NCBI GenBank assembly: GCA_943787795.1 | Contig: CALSNU010000002.1 | Location: 448,001-512,000 of the forward strand | From: an uncultured bacterium | GTDB taxonomy: Bacteria; Planctomycetota; UBA1135; GCA-002686595 | Direction of reading: 5' to 3' | Length of the DNA stretch: 64,000 bases | Part shown: piece after piece, positions 10,004-19,780 of the stretch | Numbering within the stretch: position 1 is the stretch's first letter | Layout of the letters: each line of letters starts with the position of its first letter | Position numbers and translations under genes: made by a program | Notes under the pieces: generated by a model | What the model was told of the DNA's origin: nothing | Databases searched by the model: none | Seen by the model: only the letters and a program-made list of their open reading frames with translations

Positions 10004-10770
10004 TGAGCTGGGGCCGGCGAGCAGCGGTCGCGGCCGCGTTGCTCGCGGTCGCGGGGTGCGCCCTCACCCCCGCCACCACGAACTCCAGCGTCTCAGCTTC
10101 CCAGAGTCCGCCCTGGAGCCAGCTCGGCACCAGCCGGGAGGGGCGCCCGCTGAGGGCGCTGGACCTCGGCTCCGGCGGGCAGCGCGTGGCCGTCATCGCG
10201 GGGATCCATGGCACCGAGCAGGAGGGCCAGAGGCACGTCCCAGAGCTGATCTCTGCGCTCGCGCCGCTGCCCGCGACGATCCGACTCTACGAGGACGTCA
10301 ACCCGGACGGCTCCGCCGCCAATCGTCGGCGGACCTCCGCTGGCGTGGACCCCAATCGCAACTGGCCCGCCGCCAGCTTCACGGCCGCCCCTTCCCGAGG
10401 TCCTCGGCCGCTGAGCGAGCCGGGCGTCGGACACGTCTATCGGGACCTGGTCCGGTTCGACCCAGACCTCGTGATCGTGCTGCACTCCACCGCGTCGGGC
10501 CCCTTCGTTAACTTCGACGGACCCGCCGAGGGGCTCGCCCGGCGCTTCGCCGCGGCGGCCGGCGCTCCCTGGTTCGTCAAGCCCTCCATGGGCTACCCGA
10601 CGCCCGGCTCCCTGGGGTCCTGGATGGGCCGCGATCGAGGGCGACCGATCCTGACCATCGAGTTCCGCCGCGGCGCACCGGAGGAGGAGACCGGGCCCGC
10701 CTTGGTGCTGGGTCTCAGGGCGGTGATCCGGGAGGGGCCGCTCGAGGACGAGCGCCCAAGGGTGCGCTGA
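10003..10770 (+). CDS. M14 zinc carboxypeptidase, MpaA-like lipoprotein
   Basis: ATG overlaps gmhA stop (TGATG); lipobox VAGC; GIHGTE, NPDG, DPNRNW, YPTPGSLGSW, TIE. Confidence 0.75.
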   Translation: MSWGRRAAVAAALLAVAGCALTPATTNSSVSASQSPPWSQLGTSREGRPLRALDLGSGGQRVAVIAGIHGTEQEGQRHVPELISALAPLPATIRLYEDVNPDGSAANRRRTSAGVDPNRNWPAASFTAAPSRGPRPLSEPGVGHVYRDLVRFDPDLVIVLHSTASGPFVNFDGPAEGLARRFAAAAGAPWFVKPSMGYPTPGSLGSWMGRDRGRPILTIEFRRGAPEEETGPALVLGLRAVIREGPLEDERPRVR

Positions 10771-10779
10771 GCGCCTAAC

Positions 10780-10835
10780 GCCGAGCGCCCCGCAGGACCG
10801 AGACCCGAAGGTCGCGGCGCAGCGGGGCGCTCGGC
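10780..10835. terminator. Perfect 14-bp inverted repeat between convergent genes, probable terminator
   Basis: gccgagcgccccgc ... gcggggcgctcggc with an inner gacc-cgaa-ggtc hairpin. Confidence 0.55.
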
Positions 10836-10865
10836 CTTGGCCGCGTACACGGCTTGCTGAAGGCC

Positions 10866-11942
10866 TCAGATGGAGTCGAGGCCCCAGGCGTAAGGCTCGA
10901 TCGGGAGCAAGGGAAGATCGACGCCGATCTCCGACTCGGCCACCTCGGTGACGCGCTTGTCACCACGGGGCGGGCAGAGGGCGAGCAGGATCTCGTGATC
11001 GGTCAGCGTGATCTGGCCCGAGGGACCGTCCAGCGAGAGCGATCGATCGCCCACGATCTCGACGGTGACTCCCTCAGGAGTCAGCTGATCGAAGACTCGC
11101 GCCAAGGCGCCGAGGTCACCGATCCGAGCCATGGAGAGAATGCCCTTGGCGCCGAGTGAGCGGATGAAGGTGAAGTAGGCGGTGAAGTTCGCCTCGGACT
11201 CGGGGACCATCACGAAGAGCCGGTCCGTTTCCTCGCTCGTCGCGGTCCAGTGGCTGGTGATGACGGGCAGGACGTCATCGGCCGTTCCTCCCCACTCATG
11301 CACGCAGTGAGCGAGGTCCTCGCCCCTGCCGACGCAGGCGTACCCGGTGACCTCACCCTCGACCTCACGGACGAGCGCCCGAAGGCCCGGGGTGGTCAAG
11401 AGCGCGCCCGTCTCGGCCTCGGAGCGGTCGACTCGCGACTCATGGGTGCAGTAGAGCCCGTGGACCGCGGGGACGTCCCGCGCCTCCATGGGGCGCACCC
11501 CCACGGCGTCGGGCAGCAGGAAGGCGTTGTTGCTGTTGATCACGAAGACGTTCTCGGTCCCCATGGGCACCCAGCCGCGGGACTGATACCACTCCGACTC
11601 ATCGGCCCAGAGCAGGGCGAGCGCCGCCCCGTCCTCGGCCGCGCGGGCGATCGCCCGCTCCACGACCGCGGTCCCGTGGCCCCTGCCACGGTGGCTGACC
11701 TGGGTCGCCACGGACCCGACGAAGGCCACAGGCAGCTGGAGGCCCCCGACCAGGAGATCGCGCCGTATCCACGCGCATGTGGAGACAAGCTCACCATCTT
11801 CTTCGATGGTCTCGACGTGCCCGGTGGCCCCCGGACCGAAGATCTGAGCGTACTCGGCGGCCATCGGGCGACCGTCCCGCAGGACGGCTTCCATGAGTTG
11901 AAGCGCAGCCTCAGGCTGGCTGGTCATCGGCGTGGTCATCAT
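10866..11942 (-). CDS. Tandem GNAT family N-acetyltransferase (Eis-like)
   Basis: VATQVSHRGRGHG acetyl-CoA motif, YQSRGW; second GNAT-like segment. Confidence 0.75.
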   Translation of the reverse strand: MMTTPMTSQPEAALQLMEAVLRDGRPMAAEYAQIFGPGATGHVETIEEDGELVSTCAWIRRDLLVGGLQLPVAFVGSVATQVSHRGRGHGTAVVERAIARAAEDGAALALLWADESEWYQSRGWVPMGTENVFVINSNNAFLLPDAVGVRPMEARDVPAVHGLYCTHESRVDRSEAETGALLTTPGLRALVREVEGEVTGYACVGRGEDLAHCVHEWGGTADDVLPVITSHWTATSEETDRLFVMVPESEANFTAYFTFIRSLGAKGILSMARIGDLGALARVFDQLTPEGVTVEIVGDRSLSLDGPSGQITLTDHEILLALCPPRGDKRVTEVAESEIGVDLPLLPIEPYAWGLDSI

Positions 11943-12265
11943 TGTTCTGCGTCTTTGAGAGAGTCGAGGGCGGCGCCCTGCGCCTTGTGATTGCTTCGCT
12001 GCGTGGAGGCCCGATAGGCCTCGATCAGGTCCGTCCCGAGCGAGACAGCTTCCTCCACGGAGGCCCGCGCGCTCAGGACGGCGTCTCCGAGCCGGCTGGG
12101 GTCGTCGAGGTTCTCGGAGGCTTCTCCAAGAGCTCGAGTCTTCTCCTCCAGCCGTTCGAGGACGGCCCTGAAGGCCGCGCCGGCCTTTGCGTCTGATTGT
12201 TGAGCTCGCGCCGCACCCTCAACGGTGGCTTCCGCGCTGCTCTGGATCCTGGGATCGATCGACAT
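11939..12265 (-). CDS. Small helical protein with weak FliE-like appearance
   Basis: ATG 12265 preceded by AAGGA; AFRAVL...LIEAY pattern; last part of the flg operon. Confidence 0.55.
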   Translation of the reverse strand: MSIDPRIQSSAEATVEGAARAQQSDAKAGAAFRAVLERLEEKTRALGEASENLDDPSRLGDAVLSARASVEEAVSLGTDLIEAYRASTQRSNHKAQGAALDSLKDAEQ

Positions 12266-12296
12266 TGAATTTTCCTTGAGGGGATTCGGGGACGAA

Positions 12297-13712
12297 TCAG
12301 AGGTAGCGCAGCAGGCTCTGCTGCAAGAGGCGCGAGCCGGTGGCCTGGGCGAGCTGGAGCGTCTGCTCCGAGCGCTGAAGGTCGAGGGCGACCTCCGTGA
12401 AGTCCGCGTCCTCAACGTTCGAGATGAGGCTCCTCACCGAGACATCCAGGTCTTCGAGGCGGGAGGAGGCGATGTCGATCTGCTGCGCGGCGGTGCCCAG
12501 CCGGCCGAGCGCCGTGATCATGTCGCCCTCACTGCGGTCGAGCTCGCCGAGCCGGGTCTGGAGCCGCTCGGAGAGCATGAGCCGGTCCGTGCCCTCAGGC
12601 ATTCGAAGGTCAGCCACCACACCGCGGATCGTGTCGAACACGCTCGGGGTCCCTGAGAAGGTGGCCAGATCGCTCCCGGCGACCTTCAACCCCGTGGTGT
12701 CCACGTGCATCCGAGCACCAGTGCTCTGACTCCGAAGCAGCAGGTCCGTCTCGGTGAGGTTGACCGGGGTAAAGCTGACGCCATCGAGGGACACGGACGC
12801 CGCACCCGTGAGGTTGGTGTTGAGCGCTCCGCCCCCCCAGGCGCTGAGGTCGAGCTCCACGGTCGCCCCGTTCTCATCCTGCACGGTCATCGTGGAGGGC
12901 GCCGGCGTCGGGATATCCAGGACCTGCCCCGTCCCCAGCTGCACCGTCCTGGCGGCCCCGTCCACGCTCAGCGCCTGGGTCCCCACCAGCGTGTCGGAGG
13001 TGTCCACGAGCGTGATGCCCGCGCCCATGGCACCGGTGGTCCCGTTCTGCTGGACGATCAGCTCGGCGTAGCCCGAACCGGAGTCAGCCGTCGATCCGCT
13101 CTTGATACCCGTGGTGGAGGTGAGGTCGGTATCGGTGTACGCGAACTTGGAGAACACCTCCTGTCCTGAGACGTTGATCGCGACCTCCGCGTCGCGTCCC
13201 GTCTGGATGCTCTGCCGCCGAGCGTTCCCACGAAAGACGATCGCCCCCTCGCCGTCGACGGTCTCCTCCACGAACGGCCGCTCATCGGTCGCCGTGCCGC
13301 TGAAGAGGAAGCGGTCGCCGCTTCGGGTGTTGGCGATGTCGAGCAGCTGCGCCTCCAGGAGCTCGAGCTGGTTGGCCACCGAGCCCCGGTCGTCGGCGCT
13401 CAACGCGCCGTTCATCCCCTGGATCATCAACGCCCGGATGTCCCCGACCAGGTTGACCCCGTCCTGGAGTCGCGACGCCGCCTGCTCGACGATCGGCTTC
13501 GCAGACGCCGTCGAGGTCGAGTAGGCCTCGATCGCCCCGCGCTGGCGCCGGAGCGAGAGCGAGACGGACGACCCCACCGGGTCGTCGGAGGCGCGCACGA
13601 TCCGCCGGCCGCTGGCAGCCTGCTCCTGCGCGCGGATCAGCCGCGACGTGTTGCGCTCGATACCACGCTGTACGAGGTCGAAGATGCGCCCTTGTGTCGG
13701 TCGAATGCTCAT
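12297..13712 (-). CDS. flgL: Flagellar hook-associated protein 3
   Basis: ASGRRIVRASDDPVG, FLFSG, EDADFTE; follows flgK. Confidence 0.92.
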   Translation of the reverse strand: MSIRPTQGRIFDLVQRGIERNTSRLIRAQEQAASGRRIVRASDDPVGSSVSLSLRRQRGAIEAYSTSTASAKPIVEQAASRLQDGVNLVGDIRALMIQGMNGALSADDRGSVANQLELLEAQLLDIANTRSGDRFLFSGTATDERPFVEETVDGEGAIVFRGNARRQSIQTGRDAEVAINVSGQEVFSKFAYTDTDLTSTTGIKSGSTADSGSGYAELIVQQNGTTGAMGAGITLVDTSDTLVGTQALSVDGAARTVQLGTGQVLDIPTPAPSTMTVQDENGATVELDLSAWGGGALNTNLTGAASVSLDGVSFTPVNLTETDLLLRSQSTGARMHVDTTGLKVAGSDLATFSGTPSVFDTIRGVVADLRMPEGTDRLMLSERLQTRLGELDRSEGDMITALGRLGTAAQQIDIASSRLEDLDVSVRSLISNVEDADFTEVALDLQRSEQTLQLAQATGSRLLQQSLLRYL

Positions 13713-13725
13713 GTGTTCTCCTTGC

Positions 13726-16059
13726 TCAGACGAGCGCCAGGACGGTGTCGTTCAGCTGCCCAACGACTTGAAGGAAGCGGGCCGCCGCCTGGTAGGTCTG
13801 TTCGTACTCGATCATCTTCACGAGCTCCTCGTCGACGTTGACGCCCGACACCTGCTCGCGCTGCTCCTCAAGGCTGGCGAGCATGAAGCTCTCGACCTCG
13901 AGCGCGCTTGAGGTCGAAGCGACCTCAAAACCGACGCCGCCGACCAGCGAGCCGTAGTAGGTCGACAGCGTCCCGTTGAGGCCCTCGACATCCGCGCTCT
14001 GCACGTCGAGCATGGCGAGGATCGCGCCGTTGTCGCCGTCATCACCCGTCGACGATCCAGCGAACAGGCGCGGATCCTCAACGATGTCAGCGTTCAGGTT
14101 GATGGTCTCGGCATCAACACCGGTGAAGAGGCTGTTCAGTCCGAGCGCCACAAGGACGTCGCTCGTGTCTGAGTCGGCGATCGTGTCCAGGACAAGAGCG
14201 TCGCCCGCTGCCCCGTTGATCTCCCCCACCGAGAAGGACACATCGATGCCCTCGGCCACCGAGATCGGCGTGCCCGGCGAGTAGCCCTCGCCCACGTCGA
14301 GGGTGGTGACCAGCGCCCCCATCTTGTCCCGAACCTCGACCTCGAGCCGCGGCGTCGTCCCGATCGTGCCCGTGCCGACCGGCGTGAAGGTCCACTGGTC
14401 GTTGCTGCTGCCCTGGTAGTCCCCAGTCACAGCCACCTCGACCTCAAGATCCTGACCGCTGTAGGTGCCGACCGAGAGTCCCAACGCCGCCGCAGCGGTA
14501 CCGCCCGCGACCTGGAAGGAGGCGGCGGCGCCGGTGCTCAGCGTCTGGAAGCCAAGTCGATCCCCCACGGCGACCGCCCTGAGGTCCGCCGCGGCCATGC
14601 TTGGCGAGAGGTTGAAGCTCTCCGCGAGTTCCTGCGCTGTGGGAGAGCCCACCGACGCGAAGCTCGCGGGATCAATCGAGAGCGTGAGAGGCCCCGCGGC
14701 GCCGACGAGCTCCAGCGTGGAGGTCGTGCCGATGGCGAAGGGGCCGCCGAAGCTGCTCACGTGGGACGCGCGGTCTCCGCCGAAGCTCCCCACATCGTCG
14801 GGGGAACCCTCCAGGCGAGCGCCGAAGTGGAACTTGGTCTGCGACAGCGAATCCACGGCGAGGCGGCCAGAGGTATCGATCCGCGCCGAGAGCCCAGGAA
14901 TACCTGAGAGGGCGTCCGCGAAGCCCTGCACCGTCATCCGGCTCGGGTCGATCTCGAGGCGCGTGGTCTTGAAGCTCTCATCGCCGTCCACCGCGACATG
15001 CACGAAGAGCTCCCCCGACTTGACGTCGAAGGGGAGCTGCGCATCCCGCAGGAGCACGTCACCGAAGGCGCCGTCGCCGTCGAGGTCGGCGACCGGTGTG
15101 GCGCCCCGCAGCTGGTTGAAGCCGCCGCCGAGGGGGACCCCGGTGGAGTGGGCGCGGTTCATCTCCAGCACGATGCCCTTGGCGTAGCGGTCGAAGCCAT
15201 CGAGCACCTCGGTGGCGAACGTCTCCGAGAAGGCCACCACGCCGGCCAGCTGACCGGCTCGTGGCTGCACAGGCTGAACGCCGCCCTCGAGCTGGAGGGT
15301 GATCGCGCCGTTCGGACCAGCGTCGGCCCTCATTCGGTTCGTCGAGCGGGAGCCGACCAGCAGCTGCCCATCCACCTGGACCAGAACCGCTCCCTGCGCG
15401 TTCTCCCTGGCAGTGATCTCGACGCGCTCGGAGAGGGCGCGGAGCGCGACGCCGCGCTGGTCCCTCAAGTCATTGGCCACCGTCCCTTGGACGGACTCCA
15501 CCTGGGAGATCTGCTGGTTGAGGTCGACGACCCGCTCGGCCAGGAGGTTCACGTCTGCCACGAGGGTGCCCGCCTTGACCTGCGCGTCCCCCTGAAGCTG
15601 CTGGATCTCGTCGGAGACCTGGTGGAAGCGGCGGGTCATGTTCTCCGAAGACTGGAGCGCGCCGTTACGGGCGACCACGTCTTCGGGGCTCGCCGAGAGC
15701 AGGGATAGGCTGTTGAACAGGCTGTCCATCAGCGCCCCAAAGCCCCCTTCGCCGGGCTCGTTGAGGAGCGCCTCGACGCTGCCCATCTCCGTCAGCTGGG
15801 ACTCCAGCCTCGCGACCGACGAGGACTGCCCCTCGATCCGTGAGTTCAGGAGCGCGTCGACGGAGCGCGTGATCACGTTCGCGTTGACCCCGTTCCCGAG
15901 CTGAAGACCCCGCAGGTTGAGCGGCCGCGCGCTGGAGGTCAGCACCCGCTGACGGCTGTAGCCCTCTGTCGTGGCGTTGGCGACGTTGTGCCCGATCGTG
16001 TCCAGGGCTGACTGTGAGGTCAGCAGGGCCCGCAGCCCAATGTTCGTGCTCACTCCCAA
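13726..16059 (-). CDS. flgK: Flagellar hook-associated protein 1
   Basis: GHNVANATTEGYSRQ, NDLRDQR, VSGVNVDEE. Confidence 0.95.
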   Translation of the reverse strand: MGVSTNIGLRALLTSQSALDTIGHNVANATTEGYSRQRVLTSSARPLNLRGLQLGNGVNANVITRSVDALLNSRIEGQSSSVARLESQLTEMGSVEALLNEPGEGGFGALMDSLFNSLSLLSASPEDVVARNGALQSSENMTRRFHQVSDEIQQLQGDAQVKAGTLVADVNLLAERVVDLNQQISQVESVQGTVANDLRDQRGVALRALSERVEITARENAQGAVLVQVDGQLLVGSRSTNRMRADAGPNGAITLQLEGGVQPVQPRAGQLAGVVAFSETFATEVLDGFDRYAKGIVLEMNRAHSTGVPLGGGFNQLRGATPVADLDGDGAFGDVLLRDAQLPFDVKSGELFVHVAVDGDESFKTTRLEIDPSRMTVQGFADALSGIPGLSARIDTSGRLAVDSLSQTKFHFGARLEGSPDDVGSFGGDRASHVSSFGGPFAIGTTSTLELVGAAGPLTLSIDPASFASVGSPTAQELAESFNLSPSMAAADLRAVAVGDRLGFQTLSTGAAASFQVAGGTAAAALGLSVGTYSGQDLEVEVAVTGDYQGSSNDQWTFTPVGTGTIGTTPRLEVEVRDKMGALVTTLDVGEGYSPGTPISVAEGIDVSFSVGEINGAAGDALVLDTIADSDTSDVLVALGLNSLFTGVDAETINLNADIVEDPRLFAGSSTGDDGDNGAILAMLDVQSADVEGLNGTLSTYYGSLVGGVGFEVASTSSALEVESFMLASLEEQREQVSGVNVDEELVKMIEYEQTYQAAARFLQVVGQLNDTVLALV

Positions 16060-16060
16060 A

Positions 16061-16543
16061 TCAGACCTCTGCGTCGATCAGGCTTCCGCCTGCGTGTACG
16101 TCTCCGCCGTCCTCGGGACCGAGGACGACCTGAATCAGCTCGCGTGTGACCTGTCGGTGCAGCCGTACCAATGTCGCCATGCGACGATTGAGGCGACCGA
16201 TCTCGCCGCTCACCTCGACGAGGTGAGCCCGCTCGACGGCGAGGAGCTCTCCGTCCACGCCGAGTCGCTCGACCAGGCTGCCCACCGTCGCGGCGGAAGG
16301 CGCGACGCCGAACTCCTCGGCCAGGGCGACGACGGCCCTCTCTCGCCGCGCGGTGCGCTGTGAGCTGCGCTTCAGCTGGACCTCCAGCTCCTCCGTTGCC
16401 GTCTTGAAGGCGGGGCCGGCAGGCTGGCGGATCGAGCCCTCCTGTGCGTTGAGCAGCTCGAGGATTCGCCGCTGGGTGGCCACCTCCTCGCGGATCGCGA
16501 TGACGAGGCGGTTCACGAGGTTGGATTGGGTCCCGGCGCTCAC
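16061..16543 (-). CDS. flgN: Flagellar export chaperone
   Basis: Helical protein of about 160 aa between flgJ and flgK. Confidence 0.7.
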   Translation of the reverse strand: MSAGTQSNLVNRLVIAIREEVATQRRILELLNAQEGSIRQPAGPAFKTATEELEVQLKRSSQRTARRERAVVALAEEFGVAPSAATVGSLVERLGVDGELLAVERAHLVEVSGEIGRLNRRMATLVRLHRQVTRELIQVVLGPEDGGDVHAGGSLIDAEV

Positions 16544-16908
16544 TGTCCCACCTCTCCCTCGGGAGCCGAGCCAGCGAGCCGCGCCGCCTGAGCGGCCGCC
16601 GCGGCCTGCTGGCGGATGATGCTTTCCTTCACCTGGGCTCCGATGCCGAGGTTGCCCTGGTCCGCAATGGACGCTCCGAGCTGCTCGTCGAACCAGCCGT
16701 TGAAGGTGTCAGCCCCCTTACCGGTCCCGAAGAAGCCCTCTCCGAGCCCCTTGCGCATCTCGGTGACCAGGAGCGTCGCGAACAGCGACTCCATCTCCTT
16801 CGCGGCCACATCGGGCGCCTCAGCCCCCCGCTCGACCCGGGAGATCCGGCCCGTCATGAGCCCATTGCGCGCCGTCAGGGCGCCGGTGTTCTCAGCGTGA
16901 AGCTCCAT
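16540..16908 (-). CDS. flgJ: Rod-binding protein (FlgJ N-terminal domain only, no muramidase)
   Basis: AKEMESLF..LVTEMRK, FDEQLG, GIG. Confidence 0.8.
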   Translation of the reverse strand: MELHAENTGALTARNGLMTGRISRVERGAEAPDVAAKEMESLFATLLVTEMRKGLGEGFFGTGKGADTFNGWFDEQLGASIADQGNLGIGAQVKESIIRQQAAAAAQAARLAGSAPEGEVGQ

Positions 16909-18215
16909 CACATCCTCTTGAGTTCAGCGACGAGGAGCCCACCGGAGACGAGCGACTCCATGATGGCGATCATGTCCCGCGGGGTGGCCCCGAGGACGTT
17001 CAACACCTCGACGACCTCCTCGAGGTTGGTGGCGCCGCCCATCAGCACGAGGGGCGCGTCCCCCTCGACGACGTTGAGGTTCGTCCGGGGGACCTCGGTG
17101 GTCACGCCGTTCGAGAAGCCGGCCGGCTGGCTGACCTCGGGGGTCTCGGCGATGGTCACGACGATTGAGCCGTGCTGGATCACACCAGGCCGGAGGCGGA
17201 CGTTGCCGCCCATCACGATGACTCCGGTGCGCTCGCTGATCACGACGCGCGCCAGGTTGTCCGTCTCCACCTCGAGCCGCATGGCGCTGTCGAGGTAAGC
17301 GACCACGTTCTCCGCGGGGACCCCGTCCATGACCTTGAAGCGGACGGACTTGCCGTCCGGCATGACCCGAGCCATGTCCGGATAGAGGCGGTTGATCGCG
17401 TCGTTGGCTCGCACGGTGTTCCCGAAGGAGCCCTGTCCGTTCTTGGCGTCCAGGTAGATGTAGCCGTGCTCGTTGACGACGCTGGCGTCGACCCCCATCT
17501 GCACCCGCCCGGCGTTGGCGAGGGTGCCCACGGTGACGTGGTTCTTCGTGGTCGAGGCAGCGTCACCAGCCGCGAAGAACCCGCCCACCGTGAGCGAGCC
17601 TGACGCCGTGGCGTAGACGTTGTTGCCCTCGATGTCCATCAGCTCCGTGATCAGCAGGTTCCCCCCGAAGAGGCTCTCCGCATCGCCGAGCGTCGAGACG
17701 ATCACATCCATCCGCGTGCCAGGCTTCGCGCCGTGAGGGATGACCCCCTTGACGTGGACCGTCGCGATGCTGGAGGTCGCAAGGAGCTTGGGGTCGATGT
17801 TGATGTTCGACGCGAGCAGGCTGTTGGCCAGCAGCTGTGGAGCCAGGAGGCCACTGTCTCCGGTCGCGTCGAGCCCCATGACGATGCCGATCCCGTTGAC
17901 CTCGTTCTCCTGGACGCCCCGGACCCTGAAGAGGCTCGAGAGCGGGGAGGAGATCTTGGCCTCGTAGTTGCCGCCAGTCCTGGAGACAGGTCGGACCCGA
18001 GCGGTACGCGAGTAGTTCGCGCTGGAGACGCCCTGGGGCTGCGTGGGGGCTTCGATGCTCCCAACGGGCAACACCGTGGCGAGGTTCCCGCCCTGGTCGG
18101 TGGCCGCAGACGTGGCGTCGACGGGCTGTGTGATGGGGCCCGCAGCCGGGACAGTGCCTTGCGCACCGGCGGATGCCGTGACGGTCAGGGCGACGATGAT
18201 GTTGAAGAGGCGCAT
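16908..18215 (-). CDS. flgI: Flagellar P-ring protein
   Basis: GIGIVMGLDATGD, GDAESLFGG, VVISERTGVIVMG, LGATPRDMIAI. Confidence 0.93.
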   Translation of the reverse strand: MRLFNIIVALTVTASAGAQGTVPAAGPITQPVDATSAATDQGGNLATVLPVGSIEAPTQPQGVSSANYSRTARVRPVSRTGGNYEAKISSPLSSLFRVRGVQENEVNGIGIVMGLDATGDSGLLAPQLLANSLLASNINIDPKLLATSSIATVHVKGVIPHGAKPGTRMDVIVSTLGDAESLFGGNLLITELMDIEGNNVYATASGSLTVGGFFAAGDAASTTKNHVTVGTLANAGRVQMGVDASVVNEHGYIYLDAKNGQGSFGNTVRANDAINRLYPDMARVMPDGKSVRFKVMDGVPAENVVAYLDSAMRLEVETDNLARVVISERTGVIVMGGNVRLRPGVIQHGSIVVTIAETPEVSQPAGFSNGVTTEVPRTNLNVVEGDAPLVLMGGATNLEEVVEVLNVLGATPRDMIAIMESLVSGGLLVAELKRM

Positions 18216-18221
18216 GATTGA

Positions 18222-18845
18222 TCAGAAGGGCCAGACCCAGTCGACGGCGCTGTGGAGCCACTTGGCGAGGCCACGGCGCTCGTTGGTTCGGGTGAGCGGG
18301 CCGCTGCCCGAGTAGGAGACGTAGGCGTCCGCGACGAGCTCGGACTGGACGGTGTTGTCCCGCTGGACGTCGTAGCGGCGCACGATGCCGCGGAACTCGA
18401 GGACCTTGCGCTCCTCGTCGATGCGGATCTCGCGTCGCCCCTCGACCACGAGGTTGCCGTTCGGGAGCCGGTCCACGACCATCGCGGTCAGACGGGCCTC
18501 GAAGGCCCCGCTCTTCTCGTAGTTGGCCGCCCCGCCGAAGCTGTCGGACTTCGTCGTCCGCATGGTCGGCAGCGGGTTGAAGGCGTCCGGCGCCACGTCG
18601 AAGTCCACCAGCTGGTAGTTCAGCGTGCTGTTCTTGGCGAGGTCGGTCTTCTCCTCGTTCTTGAGGTCCTGGTTCTCCCGGATGACCACCGTGAGCAGAT
18701 CGCCCACGCGGTTGGCGGTCTTGTCCGAGATCGGGGAGACCGGGCCGCGAGCCGGGTCGTAGATGGAGCCCCGCCGCTGGGCGTCGGCCATGCCCGTCAG
18801 GAGCGCGACCGCGAGGGCCAGGTGGGTGATTCGGAGGGTGCTCAT
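18222..18845 (-). CDS. flgH: Flagellar L-ring protein
   Basis: DKTANRVGDLLTVVI, LPNGNLVVEG, GIVRRYDV, WPF terminus. Confidence 0.92.
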   Translation of the reverse strand: MSTLRITHLALAVALLTGMADAQRRGSIYDPARGPVSPISDKTANRVGDLLTVVIRENQDLKNEEKTDLAKNSTLNYQLVDFDVAPDAFNPLPTMRTTKSDSFGGAANYEKSGAFEARLTAMVVDRLPNGNLVVEGRREIRIDEERKVLEFRGIVRRYDVQRDNTVQSELVADAYVSYSGSGPLTRTNERRGLAKWLHSAVDWVWPF

Positions 18846-19774
18846 TTGATCTTCACCTCGAGGAGCTTGGGGCCGCGGACGACGGCCTGGAGTTCAACGC
18901 CCGAGGAGCGCAGCTGGACGCGGACTCGCTCGCCCATGCGCCCGTTGGACTGGGCCTGTCCCACGTCCTTGACCGTGACCCCGCGGCTCTTCACTGCCAC
19001 CTGGACCAGGTCGCCGCGCCGGACGAGTGTCATGCGCTTCACGTCGCGTTCACTCACCGGTGCCCCCGCGGCCATGCTCCGGTTGACGACAGAACCAGCG
19101 ACCTGGGTGAGCTCGAGAAACTGGAGCCCGGAGCCAGACTTGACCTTGGTGCGCACCACCTGGAACATCCCGGGTGAGAGCTCGGTACCAGCGGGGATCG
19201 CCTGCTTGAGGACCGCCTGGCGCTTCCAGACCGTGACCTCAAAGCGGACCTGGACCGTGCGGTAGATCCGATCACCGACCCAGACCTCGACGGGGACCTG
19301 GATCCTCCCGGGGAAGACTCGGTCCACGCGGAAGGTGGCGCGCAAGCGAGGCTCGTGGTCCGACGCGGGCAGGACGAGGTCGGGCATGTCCATCAAGGGC
19401 GTGGCCTCGGCGTCCAGCCCCGTGAGCGCCGCGCGGAGGGCCTGACTCGCCTCCGCGGTGACTCGCGTCCCGCGGACGGTCGTCGTTGCGGAGGTGACCC
19501 GGCAGCGCGGTGCTCCCGTGATCGTGACCTCGATGTCGGGCAGCGATTGCCTCAGAGAGGCCTTGAGCAGGTCGGCCCGCAGGATCCGGTGATACCCGGG
19601 AGCGGGGGCATACCCCAGCGACGCAGCCCGGACCCGCTCGACCTCGGTCGCGTCGTCGCCTTCGACCTTGGCGATCTCGTTGACCGAGATCTCCATTCCG
19701 GAGGAGGTGGCCTCGGACGGGAGGGCGATGGAGACGCCCCCCGCACAGAGGAGAAGAAGTGTGGTGGTAATCAT
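18842..19774 (-). CDS. flgA: Flagellar P-ring formation chaperone
   Basis: Signal peptide; C-terminal LVRRGDLV...GQAQSNGRMGERVRV. Confidence 0.88.
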   Translation of the reverse strand: MITTTLLLLCAGGVSIALPSEATSSGMEISVNEIAKVEGDDATEVERVRAASLGYAPAPGYHRILRADLLKASLRQSLPDIEVTITGAPRCRVTSATTTVRGTRVTAEASQALRAALTGLDAEATPLMDMPDLVLPASDHEPRLRATFRVDRVFPGRIQVPVEVWVGDRIYRTVQVRFEVTVWKRQAVLKQAIPAGTELSPGMFQVVRTKVKSGSGLQFLELTQVAGSVVNRSMAAGAPVSERDVKRMTLVRRGDLVQVAVKSRGVTVKDVGQAQSNGRMGERVRVQLRSSGVELQAVVRGPKLLEVKIK

Positions 19775-19780
19775 GTTGGA

